64,000 nt of DNA from Ophelia neglecta (taxonomy: Eukaryota): the NCBI GenBank assembly GCA_965285935.1, contig OZ260664.1, forward strand, positions 24,862,001 to 24,926,000. The letters are read 5' to 3'. The translations under genes and the position numbers were made by a program. Numbering within the stretch: the stretch's first letter is position 1; each line of letters opens with the position of its first letter. Shown here in pieces: positions 12,701-24,700 of the stretch. Below the pieces are notes generated by a model that was not told the DNA's origin, made no database searches, and saw only the letters and a program-made list of their open reading frames with translations.

Positions 12701-15700
12701 ACCTCAAACGCCAATTAGTTAGAAGCAAGGCACTCAGGGGAGATCTCTGATCAGATGAAGATTAAGCATAACGAAAGATTAATGTGCATCTTCGGTTGAT
12801 GAAATGGACTCGAAAAGCAGTTATATTATAATAAAGTGTGAGTTTATAGAGCCCATATCACCACTAGGAGTCCGGAAGAATGAAATATTGTACCACAGTG
12901 GGCACTAGTGCTATCCCTCATCATATCAAACCCGAATTTGTATGTGAATTGTGAGGCAAATTAGGGAGGGCACCCCCTCTTTACATGTACCTAATGTGTC
13001 AGCAGATTGCCGTGTGAAACGCGCCAATAAAACATAAGAACACCTTTCTCACTCCAAATCGCCATGACTTCTAAAATATGAACCATTCAGGCAATCTATG
13101 AACCGTTCAAAACAATAACAGTCAATTAAGGGGTGAAATTAAAGAGCCGGCATGACATTTGTGGGCAGTTATCACAATTGTATTCCCTGCAGTTGGGACG
13201 AGCGAATACTGATTTATGCAGTGGTTAAAATTCACCTGGCATAAGATGGGGGGATGGAAGAGGAGAAAATGGGCTTCTTTTCCTGACTAACACTTTAAAA
13301 TGACATTTACTTCCATTGGAAAATATTTATGGAGACTGGCACGGGGATAGTCCCGAAAGACGAGTATTACTCGCCCAGTTATTGCATCATTATCGTACCA
13401 GTGTAAGGCCGTAGCTTTGCACAATTGCAGCTCAAGTAAATTGATGCCCTTATTCCCACAAAAGCCAACTTTACTGATGTGACATTTCACCCGAAATGGC
13501 AAATACCAACTCGAATTTTGGCAATCTTGTCGTCATTCTAGCCGCCTATTTCCTTGCACCCCGACTCTGCAGACAAGAAGCGGCAGACGAACAACGTCAT
13601 CAAACACAAAGCGCGGGAAACTAGAAGTACGAATGGTTTCCGCTTTGGTGGCGAGGTTAATAAGCCGAAATAGCCCTGCATGTCCAAAACGGAGTGCACG
13701 AGTCCTTGTTTGAACGTAGCTCAGGATGATTCACCTCCACAACAGTTACTATGAAACCAAGGCTGGCCTAATGATACGTATCAAACGAGACTCTGTTCTA
13801 AAAGCTTTTTCTTCTTCAGAAAGCGTTCTATATACAAGATGCGTATTGGATGCGATGTTGCAAGCCTCTTAATTATCTCTTGCACATTGTTTACGTATAA
13901 TATGATGTAATAATCTATTAGCTTTGTTAATGTAGCATGGCTGTGTATATTTTATCTGCTTATCAGGTCACTATGCCGGACTCAGAATGCAAGGAGTAAA
14001 CTGAATGAAAACGCAAGAGGGCGGACAAAAAGTTATATCGATTTACCGTCATCATCGCGTTCATCTTCCGACTCGTCGTCAGCATCCGCATCCAGGTCTT
14101 CGTTCCCAGAGTGCACCGCGGACTTGCCCGAGTAGTCCATCTGACCGTTGGTCATGGCTTCACTGACCGAACTGCCAACTGGAAATTAAAGAAAAATACT
14201 TACTCAAAATTACATTTTATACAGTAATTACTTATATAAGAAAACACAGAAGCTATTTTCATGCTCGATTGCAAAAGTGCAGTAAAACCATAGGTCTAAT
14301 AGTATAAAAAGAAATAAATTTAAAGGCCGGTGTTTATGAATATACCTATATGGGTTTTATTACTAGACTTACTTGATTCCTTATCTGTGGTGCTGGGTCT
14401 CCGTTCCAGGTTCCTATGAGGCATGCCCGTCAGGTTCAGGGGTTTGTCCATATCCAGGGGCTTGTTGTTGTTGTTGTTGTTGTACTCGTTACGTGAGTGC
14501 TCTTCTTTGTCGTCTAGGTTTCTAGGCCTGGATGAAATATACCGGATTTGAGAAATTCAACAATATAAACCCAATCAAATGTTGTTCAATGTGTGCTATA
14601 AAATATTCTTACCCATGATTACTGAGGTCTGTTCCGGCATGGTGGGGGCGCTCCTGGTTAAGGAGGTGCTCAGGGCGCATGCCCAGATGGTTGGCCATAG
14701 CGAGGTTCATGATGGCGGGATGTCCAAGCGGCATGAAGGGCATGTGGGCCAGATGAGGTGGATAATGGTAGCCATTGGTGAAAAGAGGAGACTTCTTCAT
14801 GTCTGCAAAGGGAGCTGCACGATTCAATTAGAACATCCTATTCACATCATTCATACGGATAAAATAACAGAGCGAGATGGTTCAAAACTGGTTTTAGCCT
14901 CGGTTTCAAGAACAACAGAAAGAGGTGTCATAAGCTAAATATATGGAGCGATTAGCTATTGAGCGAAATCTAGCATATAATGTGTAATAAATGGTTGCCT
15001 TAGGTCCCCGAAAAACGAGAGATACTTTCTTTTAAGTGTAACTCGATCTTTATGTAATGTAGATTATAGAACAATTTTTGCGTAACGCATCATTTTCAAG
15101 GCTTGGCTCAAAGCTGAGGTGAAGCAGGTAGACAGATGTACCGTCTTTCCTTTTAATTGGTACGACATACTTTTCTTAACGCCTTACTTATTGATAAAGT
15201 CAACCAAAGTGTGCAGTTGAGGCATCGGTAAAATAAGTAATCAATCTTTGGGGGGTTGTTGTTTTATTACAGTGACTGTCCGTGATTTTTTTCCAACAAT
15301 TTGTACAAAATAATAGAGGAGGTTCTCAAAAACAGTAATTGTGATTCATACGGAGCTTCTCAATACGCTACAAGTTGATTTCTTTTCGGGCGCAATGGTT
15401 CTATTAAGTCAGGCGTGATATCCCGAGGGCTCGATTCTAACGAGGCATCTCCCAAGAGGCTAGTTGAACTCGGAAACTGTGCTGTCCTTGCTTTCCCAAA
15501 CAAGAAGTGAAAACATTTGGAGTGCTATTGGTATCGTAGAAGCCATCAAAATACTAATCTTCAAAGAGAAGAATGAAAGCAAATGTACCATCGGCTCTGA
15601 GGAGAATACGGAGTTTTGTATGAGGTTGTTAAAGAATCATAATATCAGCCTCCTGGTCAATTTGAGCCGTCTGCTTCACATTACGTACCCCCCTCAGCAC

Positions 15701-18700
15701 CCTCACAATCAGGGTACATAGGATGGAATGAGAAGATGCATCCTCGGCGAACTTAGCCTAAGGAATGGGAACATAAACTGCCTAGTTTGGAGCTTTCTGC
15801 TCTTTTTAAGCCAATCATGCTCCCCAAATGCCGTCATATGTATGCGGGAGCGGATTTCAACGATTTTATTGTTGTGCATTTCCGAGCCGAGTCCCCTATT
15901 TGTCGTCTTCCACTACATTGCGCTTGATAAACAGCGTTGGCGACAGAGCCTCGGAGCCGTTTATTCGCTTGTTTAATCACGACCCCTCCTTGCTCGGACT
16001 GTGACGGTCTAGTCTCGGTTCGCTTTGGCGACTCAAATTAGGTACACATGACCAATTGTCATTGTCATAGTGGAGCATTTGATCACGGGCTGAATTTCAC
16101 TGCATGTAACACACATTCTTACACTGTTTCCTTTTAAAGTCTAATTAACCAAACTAGATAAATTAACTCCTAGTTAGTATACACTAGAGCAAGACATAAC
16201 ATGCCCAGATCAGTCTAGCAAAATATTTAACCTGCGATCATTCTATGGTGGGCAACTGACCCAAGCCGTCTGCCAGAAGTGCACTTCCGGTTGGAGCTGT
16301 CCTTCATTGTTTGTTTGACACCGAGTTGTATACTCACATTACACGCAGTCTTTGGGTGTATATCCCAAATGTGAACAAGTCCAAGGTTAACCAATGTCAC
16401 CGTTGCTTTTTTTCAGTATGACACTCCATATCCTACGCAAATAAAATGAAAGGACTGTGATAGGGACGCCCGTATCCTCCTCTTATCGACGTTTATTCGC
16501 TTAGTTCTAAAGAAATTGGCGTTGAGTATTCTTCTAGATGAGCTGTGCGGAATTAGATAGAAATTGATGTTCATCTTGGTGGGGTACAACTTCTGTCTTC
16601 ACTCCGAGACTGAGTAGAAAACACGCCGTTATAACACCTCATCGCATATTGCTTTTCATTCCAAATAAATAGGATTACATAAATATGACATGATTCTCAT
16701 TACGCCGGCATAGAAAGCCGGGGGCAGGATGCCAGAGAACATCCTTAATGCAGATTGCAGTCGACCGGTCGCTATTGATTGCAAATAATTACTCTTGCAA
16801 ATGAAATGGAGATATTTATTACAATTGAAAACATCGGCGCAATTCATCATAAACGAGGGAATTGCCAGCTAGTCCCGTGAAACAAATGGAATTCATTTTC
16901 GGCGGACATATGGCCGTTTTTATTTTCATCCGACCCACTGCATATCTTGATAGATCGGCTTCTATTGTGAGAGGCGCCATTCATCATCCCGCTCATTTTC
17001 CCTTTTGTTGGAAAAAGCAGAAAATTGCAACTGATATGACTCACAGATGAAAACAGACTTATTGCCAATTCTCGCCGCTTTGTGTCAGCGTTTAATTAAG
17101 ACTAGGTCCTGATTTCTTTTCCATTGAGCGAGTTATATTTTACGAATGTGAAAGAACATTACCGATCAATATCAGAACATTTTCGCCTCGAAAGGCGGGT
17201 CTGTCTCTTGTTCTAAGATTGTAAACTAGCTGAATTAACACAACAGAGATTATAGCCCTCTCAGCATGTGTATCCGTTGCTACATTTGGGCCGTATTTAT
17301 GTTCATCTTGGATAAAAACATTCTCTTATGACACACTTCCGGTTTAGAATTTAATTTTAAATGACTTTAAAATACAAAAATATCTAAGGATTTGCCGTTT
17401 TATTAAATCTCGACCTCTGGCAAACCTCCAAGTTAAAGGAAAAACTCATTCTTTGACTGTTTCTTTGTATTACATGGGCCTGTACATAGAGCTTATATGC
17501 AAATGCATGTGATGTGAGCTCTTCGCATATGAGATGGGTGAATCTGAGTGAATTCACCTTGTCATTGTGTGCGAATAGGTAGGTCGCTAAATAGGTAGGT
17601 TGCTACCATGTTTTGTCTCTTTATTCTCTGCTGAGTGGCTTCTCGGCGGACATCGCCATTAATAATCATTCTCTGGTTGTGCTATCTGCAGCTTCATTAT
17701 TAAGCGCCTGTCCATCGCAATAAATCAGACGGCGATGATGGGAAATCCCAGATAGCATTACACCGGCACAAGGGATGAGGATAATACCGAGTCCCTAGGG
17801 CCCGGGGAGTGGAGATAGCCGGGGAGAGTGGCCGGAGGGGGAGGGGGGCACCGCACTAAGGCCAGGATCCCTCCTCAATAAGTGCCGGTGGCACTAGGGG
17901 GCTGACAGCCACCATACCGCCTACAGGCGCCCCCCTCGACAAGACAGTACAGAGGACTGTCCTCTATCTTAAAATTCTACCCGTCCCCCATTCATCAGGG
18001 AGACACATCATTTGTCCAGGTCTCGGTGTGGGAAGCGCCTATTGCTCGCACCCCGCTCACTCGTCCACTGTTTCATTTATTGTTGTTATTAGCCATCGGG
18101 GACCGATTGGGGAAAACAATCAATCAACGACACCCCATCTTAGCGTCGAGACAACGGGATATTCTTGATCATTCGTAACCATTTGCATTCCCGAGGCAGC
18201 GTGGCTATCCTCGGGACCTTTTTCCTGCACCCATTAGGAGATTATGCATCCCCATAAAATACATAAACAGGCCAGATGAAATGCAACTCTGAAATGGACA
18301 AAAAGCATTGGAGCCAAAGCTAAGGAATAACATTAATTTGCAGAGACAACTCGCAGCAGGCCGGGATAATCTCCTTCCTCCATTATATTTGGTCTTTATA
18401 GCTGTATTTTCAAGTAAATGTATTTTTATCACTCCGGAGCCATTTGCAAGCGGGCTGGTTACGGAATATCTGTGATTCATAATGTGGGGGTAAAAGCACT
18501 TTACGTCGTTCGGCGCAATTTGGAAGCTTTTAGGTCTAACACCTTGACTCTATTCCAATTTATATGCCTCGAAACTCTGCATACATATTGTCTAATTTTC
18601 AAATGCTGGATTGCGAATGACATGGCAAAACTTTTAGCGACATTTCGGTTGGGCTGAGTTTTATGTGTTAACAGAATGTAGTATTTAGCCACGCCGGTTT

Positions 18701-21700
18701 GCTCTCGCCTCTCTTACCATCATGTCAAATGGAAGTGGATGACGATAAAAACGTGATAAAAATAGTGTAATATTTAAAGTTACAGCCAACTTGGTCAGTA
18801 AGAAAGAGCCCGTGGCTGCCTGGCCAGGTATAGGACGGATACAGTCGCTTTCATAGCGTCTATTATGTTTCTTAGTTTGCAAACTCTAAATAAGTATAAT
18901 CACTTTCACTGATTCTGGTTATTTGATTATCACTCATCAAAAGCAGTAGTGTCAGTAGTGTCTCTTTGATCCTCTCCTTTAGTGAACAGATGTTGGTTTC
19001 TTTATTAGCATTTTAAATGTACTAAAATAAGTGTTGGCGTCGTTTAATGCCTTTCAAAACACAGATCAATAATTCATTAAGTGCCAAATCATACTACTGA
19101 CAACTTACAGCGGTCACGATAGCAATCTTCTCGAAATCGCTTCACAACTACAAGTTCACCCACCAGAAACTTTACTCTTCAATTGCATAATCTGATTGCG
19201 GCGATTGCTTTGCCATCAACTGAAGCATACTGAAGTGACACATTATTGGGCTGGGAAGCGTGAACTGTGAGTCTTCCATCATGTAGTGGTCACGAGAGCA
19301 TACAAGGTTACCCAACAAACTCCATTTGATTATTCGAGGAGTTACAAGAAACACAACACTTTGAACATCCGCTTGAAACGTCTGCACTAGCTAGCAAAAA
19401 TAAACCACGCCAAGTTACAATCAGTTATGATCGCTTACGTGGGACAGGGAAGTCAAAACATACAGGTGTGACCAAAGATGATAAACACCAGACACTGTAG
19501 GGCCTTTGTAACCCAACTTAAGCTTTACCATACACGCGAAAATATTGTCAATTGTTCACACATTCGTCTATACACAATACAAGCATCATCACACTCTCAT
19601 AATATTTGAAGATTCAGTATGATGCAGCCATGCCCTGTACTGATGGGGAGGTATGTCATTAAAATCTAACTCTACTAAATAGACTTATTCATTTTTTACT
19701 CGCTACAATTATGAGACACCGTCCCACCTTACCTCATATAGTTATTTTGACACATTAAAAAGTTATTGGTAAGCAGAACAGGTCCATTGTCTAAATCAGT
19801 TATGATTTCCAAATTGCCTTCATGTGTATTCAAAGTCAACATACATTTTTCGAGTCCTAGTTATGCACTTTTTGACCTTGACCTTTTATCAATGTTTACT
19901 TTACAAGGCTGTTAATACATTTTTCAATTCTTATTGTTACATCAACCGTGGTATATTTGGGCTATATCCCTTCTAGTGCGTGTTAAAATGTAGTTTCAAT
20001 GAGAGATTGCATTAAAAAAGACTGTGGCGGTATCAACTTCAGGCAAAACTTCCCGTTTTATTGCTACTGTCTATTGCATAGATTCTTACCCATCAGTCTG
20101 TTCGCAGCAAAGCCGAAGTCACCGTTCTCCATTCTGCTTTTTTTCAGTTTTTCTAGCACTTCAGGTGTGGCCAAGGCTGATCGTTTAGGAGGTCTGCCAG
20201 GCCGTGCACTGAAAAAAAGGTCACCCAGATAATGACAAATTAGCGAGTTAAGCAATGCAAACATGCTATTTATTTAAGAAGCTTGTTTTTACATAGTAAT
20301 ATTTTATTACCCATTTTTAAACGAGCATATCGTTACATGTTGTGCAAATTCACACACTTATAAATTTATAACTATATTTCATAAAAGATAGACGTGTCTT
20401 CTAAATAGTTGCATGTTGAAATCATAAAATCATCAAAAAGTTTGCACTTTAATTATGATTAATGGTGATAGATTTACAACTGAGTTGTATATCACTGAGC
20501 AAAATATCTTCGAGTAGCATAAGTGTCCAGGCCAATAAGTGTAACTTCTGAGAAGGAGGACTGTTGAGGGCTTTCGGATTGATCGACGAACTTCCCACAG
20601 AAACATGGCTTGCTATCATATAAACCTGGCCCTACAAAAGCTCAGACAAACATGCCATCTACCAATCACCAGTCAGAGAAACACAGAACAGAAACTACCG
20701 AATACAATCGAGGAAACTTAATTCTAATAGATGAGTTCGGCGGCAGGTTCTTCCCACAATCAATCCATCTTAATTCCCTGCCTTAGGCAGACCCAAAGTA
20801 GCAGTTGTATTCTTACAGTTCCGCCGAAATCATACTCCATCACAAAGGTCGGGCGTATTTCCTACTATTGACAAATGATTCATTTGAAGCAGTCTTACAG
20901 TTGCATCCAAATTTGCAATTGAATCTATTCTGGTGGGGTTCAGTGCTCTAAGCGATCCCAGATTAAGGATCTTCGCAGTATTTGATTTTGAAAAGTCTAA
21001 AGAAAATATTCGTCCATTTTATGCGTTCAGCTTAAGTTTACTAGCCATTGATAGACATTTATTTATTTCGGGATTGTATAGCGACCAGAGGCCATTGAAA
21101 GTCCAGCTGTTTCTCTTTAGATTAGCAGTTGACTTTTCCTTGATATGACTTCCGGTCAGTGATCAAACCGCTGGTCCTGTTCCAAGAGCGCTGGTCGACC
21201 ATTTAAGATCGCCAGCTGATTCCTTTTGTGTTAAGATTGGCTCATTGATGCGTTTTACGTGTTTCTAGTATGATTCTAAATCACAAAGTGACCTATAACC
21301 CACCATTTTAACATGACCTTGAAAGAGCTGACAATGTCACAATCAAGGTCACAAATTCATGCACTATTATTGATCATTATATTTAGCTTGTCTCTCATAG
21401 ACTGTGATAGTGGCAGTGGAAAAAGGTATGATTATATGGCGATATACACCCATGAAAATTGGAGAAGATATATGATTTTAGGCTGTTATAAACTTTAAAC
21501 AACTGACTGATTGTTGGTGCCATTTAGATAACAATGGCCCCCTTTTTTTTACAAAAGGGAAAACGAAAATCATATATCCCCGATCTAAGTGGAAGCCGTA
21601 TTGTATTTCAAATCAAAACAGGGCTCCATTTTTTCACTTCTTCAAAAGAAACTAAGCCTTAAACACTATGCCTTAGAGAATCGCAAACAGCTTGACAAAA

Positions 21701-24700
21701 AAACTTTGAAGAGTAGGCGTATATCGTATATTAATAAAAATAAATAAAAAAATGTTTATGTAAATCCATTAGGCATATTTCTAAAGCATAAAGAATAAAA
21801 ATGAAAAGAAGAAGGGGCGATAAATCATGGAGATGAAATGTCCTAGCGAAAATGTCTGACAGGAAGTGCCTTCGATACAAACATCCGGTGAAACCATGAA
21901 TATACCATTTTAAGCTATCATGGCCGACCAGGGAACCCTCGATCCAATATTATTAAACAGGGAGCAATGAGATTATAATGTCACAGTTCACTATGGTAAG
22001 TGAGAAGCACGCAACCGCACAGCCACACACACACCCACACACACACACACACACACACATATATTTTATTAATAATATAAATTTACTCGTCAGGGGGAGA
22101 AATATTCTGGTCTCGAAAAAGTCTGGGTTTTTTATTTGGGATGGACTCAGTGTGAATATGTTTTTGCACGAAATGACACCGTGATACATGTTTCTTCCTA
22201 AGAAAGAAAGCTCTTGGGACCTAAATGCTCTATGTTTTGGGGAGACATAAGACTATAATCTGGGACCGAAAGTCTTGGAAGATCTTGAAATGTATTTTAA
22301 CCTAAATTAAATGAACAATCATTGGTATAACTGCCGGGCATTTTGATTTACAGAAGAGAAAAACATAAGCCTTTCCAACAAGGAAGAAGGAAGATTTAAC
22401 AATTGTCTGCAAATTGTTTTAACTCTCATGGTGACCTTTGTGCCAATTTTCTATATAAATCATGCCTTATTAACGCACTTATAGGCATAATATAATTGGT
22501 ATTCCCTTTTATTAGCGCAATAGTGAATAGCGCGAGCATACTTATCGGCGGGTTATTCGCAAGTTTTTCTCCATAAAAAGGCGAAAATTTGGTCATAAGT
22601 TCATGCGCTTTATAGCGCTAAACGTGCCTAAACAAACTGAGCTAGTAAATGAGCTGATCTAAATCGAAGGAAAAATAATACTACAGGCAAACTGAAGGAA
22701 TCACACCACAGATAATCAGGACTGTCCTACTCCATGTATCACTCCTAAAAACAAATGATAACCTTATACTAACTTGGACACCGCCATGTTGTATAGTACC
22801 GGATGCGATGCCATTTTCAAAATGGCGGCCCAAACCACCTCGCTCGGTAATAGGAGAACCACTTAATCGTACTGAAAACCAATTTGATCACTGATAAACC
22901 GATGCATTAATTGGACAATCCGAATATGATTGTATCTTTCCCAGAAATGAATACAGATTAAAATTACCAACAATTTTGATTAGCAAAATTAATATCAAAG
23001 CTTCTCCTTTCTTATTTTAAACTGATCTATTCTAATCCTTAACAAGCTGAACAAAACAAGAAGCCACATTTACAAAGAACTTCCAATTGCCCTTCTATAT
23101 ATCTGTAAAAGCCTGTCAAATTGAGCTAGTTCTAAACCTGTCGATTTATAGTAGGACTGCTGACAAGTGTGTGTATATGTCTGATGCCTTTTAAAACGCA
23201 AAACCATGCAAACGACAGAACGAAGATTGAATGAGCTGGCAGACGACTTCCGCGCCTCTAAATGCCTCTGACTTAATAATGCGAAGTGTAATGCCCTAAA
23301 CGTCTTTAAAGTGGAAATCCTCTCCTAATGGACGGCTTTGTCCCATCTGGGAATGGCGGTCTGCAGGACGAGCTCAGTCCGCTTGCCAACCTAAAGGTGA
23401 TCAGATCTACTGTGGAAGGATCAAAATGTACATCTGGGATGAGATGTAACAGCTGCTTGAATTGCTAAAGACCAATTAGATCACTGTCTATCTTGGGAAA
23501 TGACCAAGACAGGCGCCAACACACCTGGGATCTTCAGGAAAAGGGGAGTAGTGGCGCAAAGGGTTTTTCAAATGGCACTGGGGCTTCTAGGGTGTATTAG
23601 AAAAGGTATTGTTAACTATGAATTGGCCGGCCAACTGCCATCAGCTTACTGTAATGAGTCTGATAGCAAACAGGAAGAGATGAGCGGGCTACATCATATA
23701 AACCTATAGACAAGAATTTTCATGGTAGCCTGGTAGTTAATTTTGGGGAACGACAGTATTTTAGAGAGCCGGCAGGTCGTGCAGGCAGTCATGAATCAGA
23801 TAACCTGTTCGCTCAAGACACAATTCATTTGAATGGCAAACGGACGAGAGTAAACGAACGCGAGGCTTCCCGCAATGCTTTCGTGACTCCAATGATGCCA
23901 TGTCAACGTGGTCATCTAATTAAGGGAGTATAGTTAGAGCAGGGCACAAGAGATCAAACGAGGGACCGTCTTAGAGTCGTATGAGTACTACAGAAAGACA
24001 TAGCACTACCCGAAACATGTTCAACGACGTCCATAATACCGACTTAGATACGTACTCCAATGCGGCTAAGATTACAAGAAGATACAAGTTTGGACTTAGT
24101 TGCCCATTCATTATAGTTCTATAGGGTCATCTCTTCTCCTAGAAACATAAAGCCCGCTGAGAACCACATCACTTCACTTTTATCGAATTCTGCCTAGACA
24201 AACTGGCATTGTCACAGGAGTAATAAAAACACAATAAGTTTGGAAGCGGAATTGACAACATCTTGCTGGGATGCTCTGAACAGTGTAACGCCACAATAAA
24301 AGCTCCTAGAAGGTAAAACAAGAGAGTGGTTTTTGCCTTCAGACTCGTCATAAACTTGTAGTAAACGTCAACACAAAATAAAACGAATGGTTTCCGCGGA
24401 CATGTCTCTAATTCACTTGCAGCTAAACAAATATCCCTGGCAGGATGAGGAGAGGCAGTCGACCATTCCACCAAATTGGATAAGGTACGTCACAACCTGT
24501 GAATTGCCATTGTGTCAGTCTGCGGGGTTTTGACCAGAACCCAGGACAGACACATAATACCTTCCCTAATGTTATTGACCTACATCGACCGAGGAAATTC
24601 AGTTAATTAAGCATCAAATAGTTAAAATATAGAGTTAGGTGATAATTATGATTCTTTAAATGTTGTATGACTGTAGAACCTTGTATTGCACATGTATGCC

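Noticed and set aside
14579-14938. + strand ORFs overlapping dac exons (also 10691-10894 and 45076-45318)
   Set aside because: Antisense shadows of GC-rich coding exons.
17574-17605. 16-bp tandem duplication AATAGGTAGGTYGCTA
   Set aside because: Two copies only; ordinary slippage duplication, not an array.
18718-18789. 72-nt candidate exon in intron 2 with an ATG|gtaaga donor
   Set aside because: Weak AAG acceptor, intron-like T-rich content and a stop codon in the required phase.
24490-24508. TCACAACCTG resembling miR-67/307
   Set aside because: No hairpin-forming 5' arm nearby.
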